Positions 14,390 to 27,967 of a stretch of DNA of 64,000 nucleotides are shown here, in pieces (position 1 is the first letter of the stretch; each line of letters starts with the position of its first letter). Below the pieces are notes generated by a model. That model did no database searches. It saw only the letters and a list, made by a program, of their open reading frames with translations, and was not told the DNA's origin. Source of the stretch: Paramecium tetraurelia (taxonomy: Eukaryota); assembly GCA_000165425.1 (NCBI GenBank), contig CT868058.1, forward strand, positions 124,001-188,000, read 5' to 3'. A program made the position numbers and the translations under genes.

Positions 14390-17300
14390 ATGTCTGGGAA
14401 TTAGAAAATAACGCAGAGGAGAATCACAATATCCTCTGAATTGGCAAGTCGTTCGATATCCTTAGCATAAATATACCAAGGTATTTGCATAAATGAAATA
14501 GATTCAAATTAATACATTAAATATGATAATAGGAATTCAATAAAATAATTCAAGTTTTCCTAGCAAGCATCACCTTTGAAGATTGCTGCTTCTCGTTCTA
14601 GAATTCTAGAAGAAAGGTAGAATATTATTAATTCTGAAGAGAATTAGATCAATCATTTTGTCTAAGTAACCAATATTTTACAGAAGACTCTTTGCCTTCC
14701 ATAAATGTTGTTGATAAATTTAACGATTCATCTGAGAGTAATTCGGAAGGTGATTCTAAAAAAGAACAAAAAAGCCAGAAGTCTAAGAAATAAAAGACAA
14801 ACTAATTTATAGGTGACAATGAAAAATAAGATAATTTTCTAAACGAGGCATTATAAATATCCACTAAATTTTTTGATGCTCAAATTGATTTAGAAAAAAT
14901 AATTCGAAAACATCATAAGCTTAGTCAAAGAAATCCATTCAAAGACCCTTATTATGTCCAATTAAAAGTATAGAGCGGGTACAATCGATTGAATTATGAA
15001 CTGAGCGTAAAATTTACTAGTTAATTTAGCATTATCATGACAAAAATAAATACTTGAAGATTAGAAAGTATATAGTTTATTTATGCTATCTTCCCTCTCT
15101 AATAATAGAGCCAATTTTATTGACTGTGTTTTTCAAGTTATTTATGACTGTTCTAATTTTATGCAATGTTGGGTTATTCATTTTTGTGAAAACTAACAGA
15201 AGAACTGATACTGACAACATTGAGTAGGTCATAACAATCCTATTTTTGATTGAAATTGGTATGAGGATCATAGCATCTGGTATAATTTTGAATCGGAAGA
15301 GTTTCTTTAGGAGTCCCCTTAATATTTATGATTTTCTGTTGGTCATCTTAACAACCATGAATCTCTACAGACCAGATATTATCATTATAGATTTATCTCC
15401 TTTCAGAATGCTCACTCTATTAAACTATTTGGGAGACATCCTTAAAGGATTATCAACAATGTTGAAAGCATTAAAATCCTCAGTACGTTTGTTATTAGAG
15501 GCATTAATTATAGTAGGTTTGTTTTCTTTATTCTTTGGTGTTTTTGGAGTGCTGCTATTTTAGAATTTGTTTAATTATAGATGTCAATTTGAAAATGGAG
15601 AAGAGACTGAAGATTGGATTCAATGTGTTTAAGACTCATGTCCTGAAGGTATGAAATGTCTTTATTCTAATCAAACGCCTAAATTACCAACATCCTTCAA
15701 TAACATTGTCTATGCATTGGGATAGATCTTAAGAACCATTACAATGGATGATTGGAGTTGGGTCATGTTTTTTACAATGAGGATTTATCATCCATATGTG
15801 TGGATTTATTATTTGCTGATTATCTTTGTGGGAGGCTTTTTTGGTTTCAATTTGGTCATTGCAGTATTGAAAACGCATTACGCAGAGGCAGCGGAGGAGA
15901 CTGTCTAGGAGGAAAGGCAATAGGAAATGCTAAAGAGATTAAAAGAAAAACAAGAAAATCCAGAAAGAGACTTAATATCAATCTTTGATGTAGCCATCCT
16001 TAGACACATAGGAATATATTAATCTTATAAAAAGTATCATATATAATTACAAAATGTTGCTAATGTTACTTAAAAGTTTACAATTGAGAAAATTAAAAAG
16101 GAGTAGGAGACATCTCAGAAACCCAGAACATTGTCAGGTAAATAAACCGATTTTGAAAATGTAATTTAATAATTATTAAATCTTAGAGAAAAAAAGGGAT
16201 TCAAGATTATTTGGAAAGCATCAACTTAAAATATTTTTTGCTTCCAAAATTAAAATATTTGGAGTAACTTTAGAAGGAAATAAAGCCAACTAATTTCACG
16301 GATGATCCTTTAGAATTGAAATTAATCCATAAGTTATTGTAATATGATTTCTGTTAATTGAAGCCATATCCCAATTTTGAGATCTATCATGAGTTTAGTA
16401 GTGTACAGGATATCTTACAGGCTTAAACGTAAATTTGTTATTTGAATTAAGCAAAAAATAGTAGCGTTTGAATGAATAAACATAAAAATAGCTAATTTAA
16501 TAGAGACGTTCGATCCGATTAAAGTAAACCTATTCGTTGTCGACTTTGAATTTGCTAAAGAAACAGCCTCAAAGAGAGAAATTTAAATTGCCGTTGAAAA
16601 AACAAAGTCGATTTCGAAATGTATTACGAGAAGACCAAACGCTGGAAAACTCTGGATAGAATATTAATGTGGATAGATAGGAATCAACGAAACTACATCA
16701 TTTGTAACAGGGAAATTCGATAAAGAGCATGCCATTCTCAGTTAAAAACAAATAAAAGACATATGTCTTTATATAGGAATAGTATATCGATTACGAGGCA
16801 GTGAGTGAGAAGATAAATGCAAAGATATAGATTATTCCTGATAATTCTGAATCGAATGAATTCAGGTATGGATTGATAAGGAAGAAGGAGATGGTCAGTA
16901 AAACGATAAATAAGAAGAATTGGTCTGGGAGAGATGTACTTTATTAGAATTTAGCAAGGTTCATAAGTTTTGATTAGATAAAGAAGGCATTAAATCATTA
17001 GGAAAAGATGATATGGTTAAGAGGAATTAGTGGTAAGATTTAGATAGCATAAAAATATACTTATATAGTAGTGAGCAGCAAATTTAGCGATTTATTCTTC
17101 GATTTAATAATACTGTTTAACTTTGTGTTTTTGTCATTGCAGGGGATTGTGAATCCTGGGTTGATATCTCAGATAGAAGATATAACAACAATCTGTTTAT
17201 GTATTGAGATAGTAATGAAGCTATTCTCGTTTAACTGTAAGGAATTGGTAAGTGATTGGAATCACATTGTTCAGATATTGATAGTGTCATTAAATTTTGT

Positions 17301-20300
17301 AGAATTAACTTTGGGGGATGAGATAGGCAGTTCAACGCAGTAAGGTTTGAGATTGATTAGAGGAACAAAATGTTTACTATTTTATCGATGTTTAAAGTAC
17401 AATAAGATGGCAGCCAAGATAGGATGGATAGCATAGAAGACATTTGAGTAGTACATATATTTGACGTTTTTAATGTTCTTGGTTATTTTCATGTATGCTC
17501 TAATAGGGATGGAAATGTATGCAGGGATGTTTGATTAGAATGATACATTAGGATAGTTGCATTCATTTGATAATATCATCAAATCTTTTATGACTATTTT
17601 CAACATAATGACAAATGATGATTGGTATGGAGTATATGTGATGGGAGGGAGTTTGAATTACAATTTTGCTTTGATATATTCATATTCAATGGTCATAATA
17701 TTGAACTACTTGACTTATGGTTTGGTGTTGGCAATAATGTTAGATGGGTTTGGAAAGTATTTAGGGAATGAGGAAGAGATTCTTAAGGAGGATGAAATGT
17801 AGAATCTATAGAATTCGATAAATTCTGAGCAGCATGACGTGATATTTGAGGAAGAGGAGAGCAAAGATGTGGAGACATAAGCAAGACGATACAAGTTAAG
17901 TTTGATTTCCAATTTGTTGATTTCGATAAAATAGGCTTATAATAAAATTTAGAGGAAGAAAGGATCAATCTATCATGAGATACAGTGTTAGCAATCTTTG
18001 TATATATTTGATAAAAGCAATTGGTTTAGAATTGGTGTCACGAAATTAGTTATATCACCACTTTATATTTACTTGATGGATGGAGTAATTTACTGGTCAA
18101 TTGTGGTATTTATAATAAAGACATATCATGATTACGAGATAGACTCTTCTGATCTGCCAGACACTCTGCAATTAATAGTCAACATTTTGATTATAATTGA
18201 TTTCTTGTTAAATATTATTAGCAAAGGTTTGATATTGGACAGAGGATCACATATTCAGAGTATTTGGCAGATAGTAGATATTATTTACATAATTGCATAT
18301 TTTATACAATATCATAGAAGTAATTATGCACCAATAGTGGATGTTCTGATGTTCTTGGGTTATTTTAGACCAATGATATTGATGTATAGAATCAGTTGGT
18401 TGATCTAATTAAGGGCTGCATTGGCACAATCATTGGTGGATATTTTGAATGTGTTGATTACTCTACTTTCAGTGTGGTTTGTGTTCGGTGTGTATGGAAT
18501 CATTTTATATGAGAATCAATTTGGGTTTTGTGAGGACAAGATGGAATTTTATGTTTCTTATGAGGAGTGCTAATCACAAAATAGAACATGGGTGAATTAT
18601 AAACATAACTTTGATAATATTACAGTAGCTATTCCCACTTTATTTGTGGTGTCTACTTTTGATGGTTGGGGAGAGATATTGCAAGTGGCTGAAAACAGTC
18701 AGATTGCAGACATAGGCCCAGTTCCATTTGATAGTTACCTTTATACGTATTTCTTTTTGATTATATTCTGTTTCATTGGATCAATGTTCTTTTTGAGTTT
18801 ATTTACTGGAGTTCTCTTTACAAATTTGAAGGAGAATTAATTCAAGATGTAAAATAATGAGTTAAGTCAAGTGCAACGAGAATTCAAGAGCATCACTAAC
18901 ATAATCATGTCTGACTTTCCCATTTATTCTACACCTCCTAAGTATGGAGTTCGTAAAATGGCATCAGATATAGTTAACAATCACAGGGTCAAATAATGCA
19001 TATTCGCCTTTTTGATTATGGACCTAGTCATTTTGTTATTGTTCAGATCTGAAATGGACAGAGATTACTTTCTTGTTATCAACTCAATACACCATTCTTT
19101 GACTATTCTCTACCTCCTATGGATCATCTTAATGGTGTTGGCCTTGGGAGTGAATAGATTTTTTGATAACAATTGGAGAAGATTCTATTTCTTCTTGATA
19201 CTTGTCGGAATGATTGACTTAATAGCACATTACATAACTGATTGGACTAGAGTGTAATACTACTCCTCTCCAAATGAATAGTATTATCAATTGTATCGTT
19301 TCTTCTTTGCATTACGAAGTCTAAGAATCATTCTCATCTTCCAAGGACTCATCAACATTCAGAGACTAATCAGAGTAATGGCATTTGCAGTCCCATACTT
19401 AGTCAAGATCTTCACTATTCTCATCATCACCATGTTTATATTTGCACTATTCGGATGCCAATTATACGGCAAGATAGATTCAGGTTAAGTGATGGATGAC
19501 CTCATCAATTTCACTAATTTTGGGAATGCAATGTTGGCACTCTTCAAATGTGCTTCTGGTGATGATTGGAGAACCATCATGACTGACACAATGCAACACA
19601 ATCCCTTATGTTAAGAAGATCCCAAATACTGTGGATCTCCTACCAATCAACTATATTTCATACTCTTCATGCTCCTGTCCAACTATGTCCTCCTCAATCT
19701 ATTTGTCTTAGGCCTTATCGAGCAATTTGAATAGTTCTTCTAAATGCAGAATTCCTAAATCCAAACCTATGTCGAAAACGTTGACGACATCAAAACCATC
19801 TGGTGCAAATACACCACTTAGACTCAAGGAAAAACTATGCATTACAAATTCTTGGGCAAATTCCTGATGGACATTGGTCTCCCTCTTGGAGTTGACCAAG
19901 ACTCCAATCTCTGGGATGCCTGCAAGTTGTCATCCAAATTTAAACTATAATGGTATATTTTCATTAAAATCTTAGTGACTCCCATGGTTACATCCAATAT
20001 AACTCACTTATGTATGAACTGTTTAGACGATGTTTCTACCAAGAAGTGTTCACCTAAGGTACTCCAGAATCTATCAAATTAATCAAATAATTCAATAAAG
20101 AACAGCAATTCAGACTCAAATATTACCGGAAAGACAAAAATATCCCAAGAACAAATATTGGTCCTGCCATCTCTATTCAAACCAACATCAATTTACTTCG
20201 CGAATATTTAAATGTGTTAATCTTATTTAAAACCTGGCAATAATTCAGTAAGTCTCTCATTAAGAAAGTCAACCAAGATGAACATCAATTTACTGATAGC

Positions 20301-20588
20301 GATATTTCTCTGCAAAACCCTTCAGAAAACGGGTAATCTTTTATTTCCAATTTTAGATATCAAAGGAGTTAGAATCATATCTTATAGGAAGAGTCCTAGA
20401 TCGAATCCAAACAGGATAACTACATCGATCAACTCCAAATCAGCCGACACAGCGTCTCCTAAAGCAGTTAAATTAACCAATATAATGACTTGCTTTTTTA
20501 CAAAGGAAACTATGAAACATCTCTATAGAGTGAAAACCGAGACTTTACATTCCTAAAAACTGAAAAACGCTACGATTCTGAATTATGA
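14390..20588 (+). CDS. Four-domain voltage-gated cation channel alpha subunit (Cav/Nav superfamily) with D/D/D/D pore signature
   Basis: Four S1-S6 repeats with pore loops TMDDW, TNDDW, TFDGW and SGDDW. S6 motifs FNLVIAVL and LLNLFVLGLIEQF; C-terminal EF-like region with PLG. Confidence 0.93.
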
Positions 20589-20712
20589 TTAATTTTTAGA
20601 TTAAATTTGTTTACCAATTGATTTATCATCTATATATATATATATTAAATATTATAAAGTATAAAATAGCGAATAGTCACTTAAGATATTCCACAAAACA
20701 TCCAAGTATAAA

Positions 20713-21890
20713 ATGGAAATTAGCTGTCCAATCAATATTAAATCTGTTCAGTAGTCGGCAACGGCACGTTCGGCATGGTTTATTTGGTAAAAGTCGAAAG
20801 AGTGATAGTGTAGGCTATCGACACAAAAACCAACGAGAAAGTGACTATAAAGAAGGTGTTTTAAGATAGGAGATACAAGAATCGAGAACATCTCATAATT
20901 TCAGAGTTGAATCATCCATGCATTGTGAAATTGAGGTAAACTTTCTTTACTCAAGGAGACAATGCCAAAAATGTTTATATTAAATTTAATGTACGCTGAA
21001 GATATCTTATTGAATTTAGTGATGGATTACATCTCTGAAACCTTAAGCAAGGAGAAACGCAAATTCAAAATCACTAGAACCATTCCCCAGTCAAACACTT
21101 AAGATATACAGCTACCAAATGCTGAGAGCCATGGCCTATTTTCAAGGTTAATTGACTCCAAATCACTCTAGGCATCGGCATCTGTCACAGAGACATTAAA
21201 CCTCAAAACATATTAGTAAACCCTACTAATCATGTACTGAAATATGCGATTTAGGATCTGCCAATAGATTGATGGCTGGAGAATCCAACGTTGCCTACAT
21301 ATACTCCCGATTTTATAGAGCTCAAGAATTAATATTTGGAGCCACTGAATACTCTACTGCCATCGACATTTGGTCTATTGGTAAGAGACTATCAAATATA
21401 TTATCAGGATGAGTTATTGCCGAGATGCTCACTGAAGAACCCTTGTTTCCAGGAGAAAGTGCTACTGATTAATTGGTTGAAATCATCAAGATTTTGGGAA
21501 CACCTACTATTGATTAAATCAAGTAAATGAATCCTTAACAATAGAAATAAAGTTTCCTTAAATTAAGTGTCATCCTTGGGCGAAGGTATCATCGTCTCTT
21601 GATTAAGATGTTTAGGTATTTGGTAAGTTTAAGCCAGAACCTCATTTTATAGATTTTGTCAGTAAAATTTTGGTTTATTCTCCACTGGATAGATTGAAGC
21701 CATTGGAGACTTTGTTCCATCCTTACTTTGACGAAATTAGACAGCAAGGTTTTGGAGATGGAAACACCAAGTTGCCTAATTTCTTCGATTTCTAAAAGGG
21801 TAATATCATTAATGAATTTTGATAGAGGAATTACAAATTCAACCTGAAATAGCTCACAAACTGACACAAAGTTGGGTTAAAAGTGACTGA
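20713..21890 (+). pseudogene. GSK3: GSK3/shaggy-like kinase pseudogene
   Basis: GSK3 motifs ([42 protein letters not shown]) are disrupted by at least 3 frameshifts, an in-frame TGA at 21410-21412, an intron ending AC instead of AG, DFG>DLG and APE>AQE. Confidence 0.9.
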
Positions 21891-21946
21891 AAATATTTAT
21901 TTCGAAATCTGCGTTGCTTCTTTTTATATTTAAATATACATATTAA

Positions 21947-24499
21947 ATGAATAAGAAGATCGAAGGGAATTTTGAAAAATAAAAGCAATACCAAAAGGAT
22001 TTGCAAGATATCTAAGATAAGTGCAAAAAAGCAACCACAGATATAAGGCAAAGGCTGTTGGATGGATGTGCAATAAAATTGAAAAACGAGGATGTCATGT
22101 ATATTTACAAGTACTCCAATTTAAAATTTTAAGTAAAATCTATCGGTTGACAGAAGATGCAGGGACTGCACAAGCATTAAAGAATTATTCGAAGAATCAA
22201 AATAACAGAGGAGAAAAGGTGGAAGAATAGCTGATCTAATATTTTAAGGATATTTTGAATGAATTCATTGCTGATATCTATATGAGGCTCAACGAATTCC
22301 AAGGGGAAAAAGAGAGCGTATAAATAAGTATTACTTTATTCAGGTACTCTTTATTGTCTCAAGAACATATCATGATTACAGATCTTACTCATATTGGCTT
22401 TACAAAATGTTCTTGTATTTGGACAAATTCGCTATGCCACATGTTGGAACTTCTCTGTGCAGCACATCTTTAAAGCTATTCAAGGAGGGATACTTCGATA
22501 AGTGCAATAAACTGATTTTAAACACAATTTTACAATTTATTTAGGAAACAAGAAAGAATGGAATATTGTTGAATAAATAAATCAAACATCTCATCAATTT
22601 GTTCTCCGTCATGGGTTCCAGAGAAGTTGAATTCACTAAAGCACTAGGAGAATATGACTACATCTGTAAAAAACAAGAAGATGCATAAAAATACTACAAG
22701 GATAATTTCCAATATTATCTTTTGCTAGAAGTAATCTGTACATTCCTATTCAGACTTCCAAATTCTATAAGGATGAGATCGAAGACAAATAAAAATTTAC
22801 TGCTCCTGAGTTTGTAAGCTGGGGCAATTCTATTTTCAAGCTGGAATTGGATATGTGCATAGAATGCTATCCCAAGAGTCAATAGGCCATTGAAAATAAG
22901 TTGAAGATTATACTAGTCAAAGATCAAGCAACCAGATTGGTGGACTCACCCACAGGAGTTGGTTATATGTTGTAATATGACAGAACTGATGAATTGAAAT
23001 AATTGTTTTAATTCATCTTCAGAACTAAGGAATGCATTACTCATATTGCCAAGGCTTACCAAACTTATTTCGAGTAGCAAGGACAATTAATTAATAATTC
23101 GATTGAGCAAGAACAATAATAAGTAAAAGACGGTCGTCAAATACGTATTCTATATCATTTACTCAAACTTAGATGAAGCTGAACTCTATTTCACTAGAAT
23201 GTTGGAAGTTATGGAAAAGGCCTAAAGTATATTAAAGAATCAATTGCAAGACGAACCAGAGATTTAAAAATCTTACAGTGGAGCCTTCATGTTGGTGATC
23301 AATAAGAATGAAAAATCCCCAATGTGGTTAGCTATTTATACTGATATCATCATAAGAAGCGAAAAGGGAGTCAATGAGATGGAAACTGATAAAAGGTTGA
23401 GCAAAATTGTATCCCTCTTTCAATTGCTTTATCAACGAGATGTGTTCTTTAGACATTATTAGAAATTCTTATCGAATAGATTGCTCAATCAATAACTATA
23501 GAACATCTAATTGGAAAAGCAATTGCTGTAGAAATTCAAGGGAGAAACCGGTACTAATGTATTGTAAATATTTGACTCATAATTAGAACTCAATTGTCCA
23601 GCATGATCAACGATATTGAATAGTCCAATAGATTTGCCTCAGATTAACAAATCAGTAAAGATACCAAATTTGATTTGAATGTGTTCTTGTTATCCCAAGG
23701 TTGTTGGCCAATCACCACCATCCTAGATAATGTTATTAAGCCAATTCAAATCTAAAATGTTCTGGAGTATTTACTTAATGCATACAATTAGGAATTACGA
23801 GAAGATATATTTGGGTAAACACAATGGAAGAATACTCACTTGGTGTTTTAATATGGGGTAAGGGGAATTAATATACAAATTACAAGCAGACAAATACTAT
23901 CTGAATGTGAATACTATGTAAATGATTGCTTTTCTCTTATTCAACTAAGCGACATAATTCTCAATCAAGAATATCTTGGAAATGACCAAAATTGATAAGA
24001 TTGATTTAGAAAACTCATTGATTCCTTTCGTTTGCTTGAAGATCATCTAAAGAGAGAAATAGGAAATTGAGGATTTTTCAGATGAAAATGAAATTCTCAA
24101 ACTGAATTTGGGTTTCAATAATAGGGCCAAAAAAATGAAATTATTGCCTAATCCGAAGATGCAACCCAAAAGAATTGTAAGAAGTGTTTAATCCTTTTTA
24201 GAGTAAGGTCAAGGAGCAAAATCAGGAAGAATTACAATAGATGGAGTAAATTAACAAGCAAAGGGAATTTGTGGTCGATTCTTAATTGGTCAGATTGATG
24301 AAATCAAGAAAAACTATTAAACATCATGAATTGCTAGAAAATTGCTAATAAATGATTTCAATCTTTAAACCTGATATATTATTCATCAAAAAGAGAATTG
24401 AAAATTTGATAGAAAGAGAATACATCAGAAGAGATGAAAAAGACTGGTATTTATCAATCTTAACAATTTCTTAGGAATATTTATCATTATTTGAATTGA
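21947..24499 (+). CDS. Cullin family protein
   Basis: RDVFFRHYQKFLSNRLL, KHNGRILTW, neddylation domain SQLVRLMKSRKTIKH and KKRIENLIEREYIRRD; multiple short introns. Confidence 0.95.
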
Positions 24500-24568
24500 A
24501 AATTATTAAATCAAAATTGTTATCATACATTTATATTTATTAACTAAAAGAAAACAAATTCAAATATT

Positions 24569-25126
24569 ATGTCGGACATGACAGACCTTCAAACAACCCT
24601 TTGCACAGAAGATTTTACCCCCATGAGGAAAGGTACTCTCATTTTAAATCTCTAGGCATATTTGTCGAACTCTTCCTTCTCTACTTAATTTATATGGTTA
24701 TTAGTATTGCATCATACTATTAACATCCTGAGTAGGACACATCTTAACCAGGTTAACATAATGATGGAGCTGCTCCTCCAAATCAATCTTAAGTAATTAT
24801 CTAATAATCCATATTGAGGCTAAACCCTCTTTTATCAGCGTAGAAGCATTGAATAAATTCTTCACTATTTTTTTTGGATATCACATTATACCTATTGGAA
24901 TGGCATTATTATACTAACCTAGAATTTTTTCAATTGTGGTATGTTATCTACATTTCGTTGGTACCGAATTTGTCATATATTAGCCTACATTGTGATTATG
25001 GTTGCTCATTATAAAGAGAAAGAGTCCATTTTGAAAATAGCCTACACTGCATCAGGCTTATTTAACATACTTCTAATTTTGGGAGCCATAGTTGGACTGT
25101 CACAAATGGAAAATGGTTGTCTTTGA
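24569..25126 (+). CDS. Hypothetical small multi-pass membrane protein (~4 TM)
   Basis: Open after removing 3 GT-AG introns. Hydrophobic segments include GIFVELFLLYLIYMVISIASYY and AYTASGLFNILLILGAIVGL. Confidence 0.65.
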
Positions 25127-25285
25127 TCATATAAAATTCAAATAATCAATAGTTTATAGATTAAGATTATAATTATTTTTATTTGTTGTTAATAGTATTA
25201 ATTATTAGATCAATTACAACTAATAATTACTACATTTTGAATTTTCAGCATTAGCATAAGTCTAATATATAAGTAATTTATCATA

Positions 25286-26275
25286 TCAATTTTTATTGAA
25301 ATCCTGCGCTGTTTCGTAATTATTGATCGGTTTAATAATATTATTTAATGAATTTAGTGATTTGAGCAGAAACATCAAATTCTGCCAATAGGTTTTTGCT
25401 TACTGAAGTTCTTTTGGGATTAACTATTCTGATTAGCGAAGGTTTCTCAGTTTTCAATTTTCTATCCGGACTATTGGGAATGGATTAAGTTTGAGAATAA
25501 TATTGTTTAATTTTGGTAGTGTCTGGAGGAGTCTTGTTTCTTTTGACGATGGTTCCTTGGATATCCTTATAGATCAGACACAATGATAGTTGTTCTTTTG
25601 CTTGAATGATAATTTTTGAATTTTCTAGGAGTAAACTATTAGAGATTTGCCTAAGTGCATGTAACTCTTTGAGAATGGTTTACAATTTGAGTTTGACAGA
25701 AGCAGGCTGATTTAGTTTATCTTCTTAGGCAATGATTCTTAGGTGTTCGCTTTCAATGGCATAAGTTTAAAGTTGAGTTTGGTAGAAGACAACTTTATCT
25801 TTTAATCTATGAATCTTGTCTTATGCTTTCTTTTTGAGTGTTTCATACTGTTATCTATAATTATCTTTGTCTTCTTTTTTTTATCTATTTAAGTCTTCAT
25901 ATTTAATCCGTTAATCGATTAACTTTTACTAAAGTTCCTATTTCTGGAATTCAATTTGTTAATTACATGCCTTGAGTATGAGAAACTCGGTATTGAGGTC
26001 ATCGAAGCGTTATTTCCATGAGTCATTTTGAACATCTAAGGTTTGGTCAAAAAGTGATTACCTAAAATGGGAGATGAGTTGTACTTGGAATAATCGCCAG
26101 AATAGTTAGGTATTGTATTGATGATTTCATTAATAAAATGTTTGATGGTTATAAAAAGTGAATCGATGACATGTTCCAATTCTAATTTTAATTTGTCAGA
26201 TGGATCGAATTCCTTTGATAAAATGAGGAATAGTTGTTTTGGAAATTGTTATTGTAGCAAAAGAATGCCTTACAT
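25286..26275 (-). CDS. Hypothetical coiled-coil protein
   Basis: Long ciliate-code ORF MQGILLLQQQFPKQ...QDFNKN-TGA, rich in Q/E/K. Confidence 0.65.
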
Positions 26276-26308
26276 TTAATAATTGAATATTTTAATTTAT
26301 ATTCTCAT

Positions 26309-27038
26309 TCAATAAAGGGATATGCCCTATTCTTACAAAGACCTAATAATTGATTACTCGAAATCTTGTAAAGCTACTTTGCCATCGCAATCTGTATCGG
26401 TCATGTCCATCCAAGCTTGGACATCTTGAGGTGTTGGTTCAAACTCAATATTCAATTGCTTATAGGTTTCCCTCAACAACCCTGGAACCTAACGATTGTC
26501 TCTATTTAAATTACTTCGTTTCTAGTCAAGAAACCACATTGAGTGACATCAAATTTCTTAAATAATCTTCTGGCGACTTCCAATCTCTCTTCAACCATTC
26601 TATTATATTGTCTCTAGGGTGGTAATTGGATACTGTAAGAGGGTAGTGGTTGGATACCAGCCTAATTAATTAATATTATTTTGAACAAGTATGCGCAAAG
26701 CATAATTCTCCACATCCTAATAGGTGATCTTGCCGTCTCTGTTGACATCCAAAACCTAGACGAAAGTATCTACATCTGCCTGTTCTTAATATGATATTTT
26801 ACTTGTGTTGGATTGAAGGCCTTGCTCATTCCTCTGTAAGCGTCTACCAACATTGGGGAAACTACTGTAGGTTCTATTTCTAACCTTCTGGACCATCAAT
26901 GATGCCATTTCTGTCTCTATCGTACAAATCAAAGAGTTTCTTTGCTATGGCTTTGGCTTGTTCTGGATCGCAAATCCCTTGAGGAGTTACATACTGACTG
27001 GTTATCACTTAATCTGATCTTCTGGCTGTGGATCTCAT
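26309..27038 (-). CDS. EF-hand calcium-binding protein, TCBP-23/25-like
   Basis: Four EF-hand-like loops: DRDRNGIIDGPE, DVNRDGKITYQD, DVTQCGFLTRNE and DTDCDGKVALQD. PTPQDVQAWMDMTD resembles ciliate 25-kDa Ca-binding proteins; 4 introns. Confidence 0.85.
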
Positions 27039-27165
27039 GAATCAAAAACGATAATTTATTTATTATATTTTAACAATTATCATCCATCTCACTTCTTCCA
27101 TCAAATCAGAATCATTATTTATATATAATTTTATAATGTACTCTTTTAATTTCAATAAATTGCTA

Positions 27166-27662
27166 TCACTTTCCAACAAAACCCTTAAGATAAGTCTCCT
27201 TCTGAACTCTGATGACTTCTCTCTTGTCAGTCTTTCTGGACATGTAGATTTTTGTTTTTTCAGCTCCTCTGGTCTTCTTCAACTTGGACTTGACTTCCTT
27301 CCATCCCTTTCTGCTTCCATCTCTCTTTGGGATGATGCCTCTTCTTCTCAATCTGAATTTTGGTTCGAATTTCATAAGATATCTAACATTATTTCTCTAC
27401 CCATTACTATTATGTATCGTAGATCAAAGCGAATCCAGTTGTTCTGTTTCCTCCGAATGTTGTTCTCAATCCATACACGACAACATTTCTTTCGTCAGCC
27501 TTGTACTTTTAAGCCAATTCCTTCACCACTGATTCCTAAGATGGAGTGGGCTTATTTGGATGGAGTAATTCAACACTCTTTTATTAACCACTTTCTTACT
27601 AATTATCTTCTATTCAAGAGTTTGTTAAGCAATACTTTTCTGGTCTTCACAATAAATGTCAT
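27166..27662 (-). CDS. RPS24: 40S ribosomal protein S24 (eS24)
   Basis: [56 protein letters not shown] and KKTRGAEK. Confidence 0.96.
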
Positions 27663-27967
27663 TCTCTTTCCTATTTTTTCAAAATTAATTAAATCTTTTT
27701 TTTATGAAAATAAACTCAATTCATTAACATAATCTCAAATATTCATTATTTTATTATCTCTCTTCACTCCTTGCTTAATTCTCAATATACTCCATTTAAT
27801 GACTAATTTACAATATACTGTTTGAAATTTCCTTTCAATCAAATTACATCTATGTAGTTAACCAAATTTAGAAACGACTTGACAAAAATACCTAATAATT
27901 CATTCTGACGATATAAATATTGGCTTTACATTTTAATATTAGAAAAGAGATAAAATATTTTTTTTTA

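Noticed and set aside
21408..21415. In-frame TGA at a Cys position as selenocysteine or readthrough
   Set aside because: It lies in a gene with many other disabling lesions, so a nonsense mutation is the simpler explanation.
27136..27732. 198-aa plus-strand ORF
   Set aside because: It is the antisense shadow of RPS24, which has strong family motifs on the minus strand.
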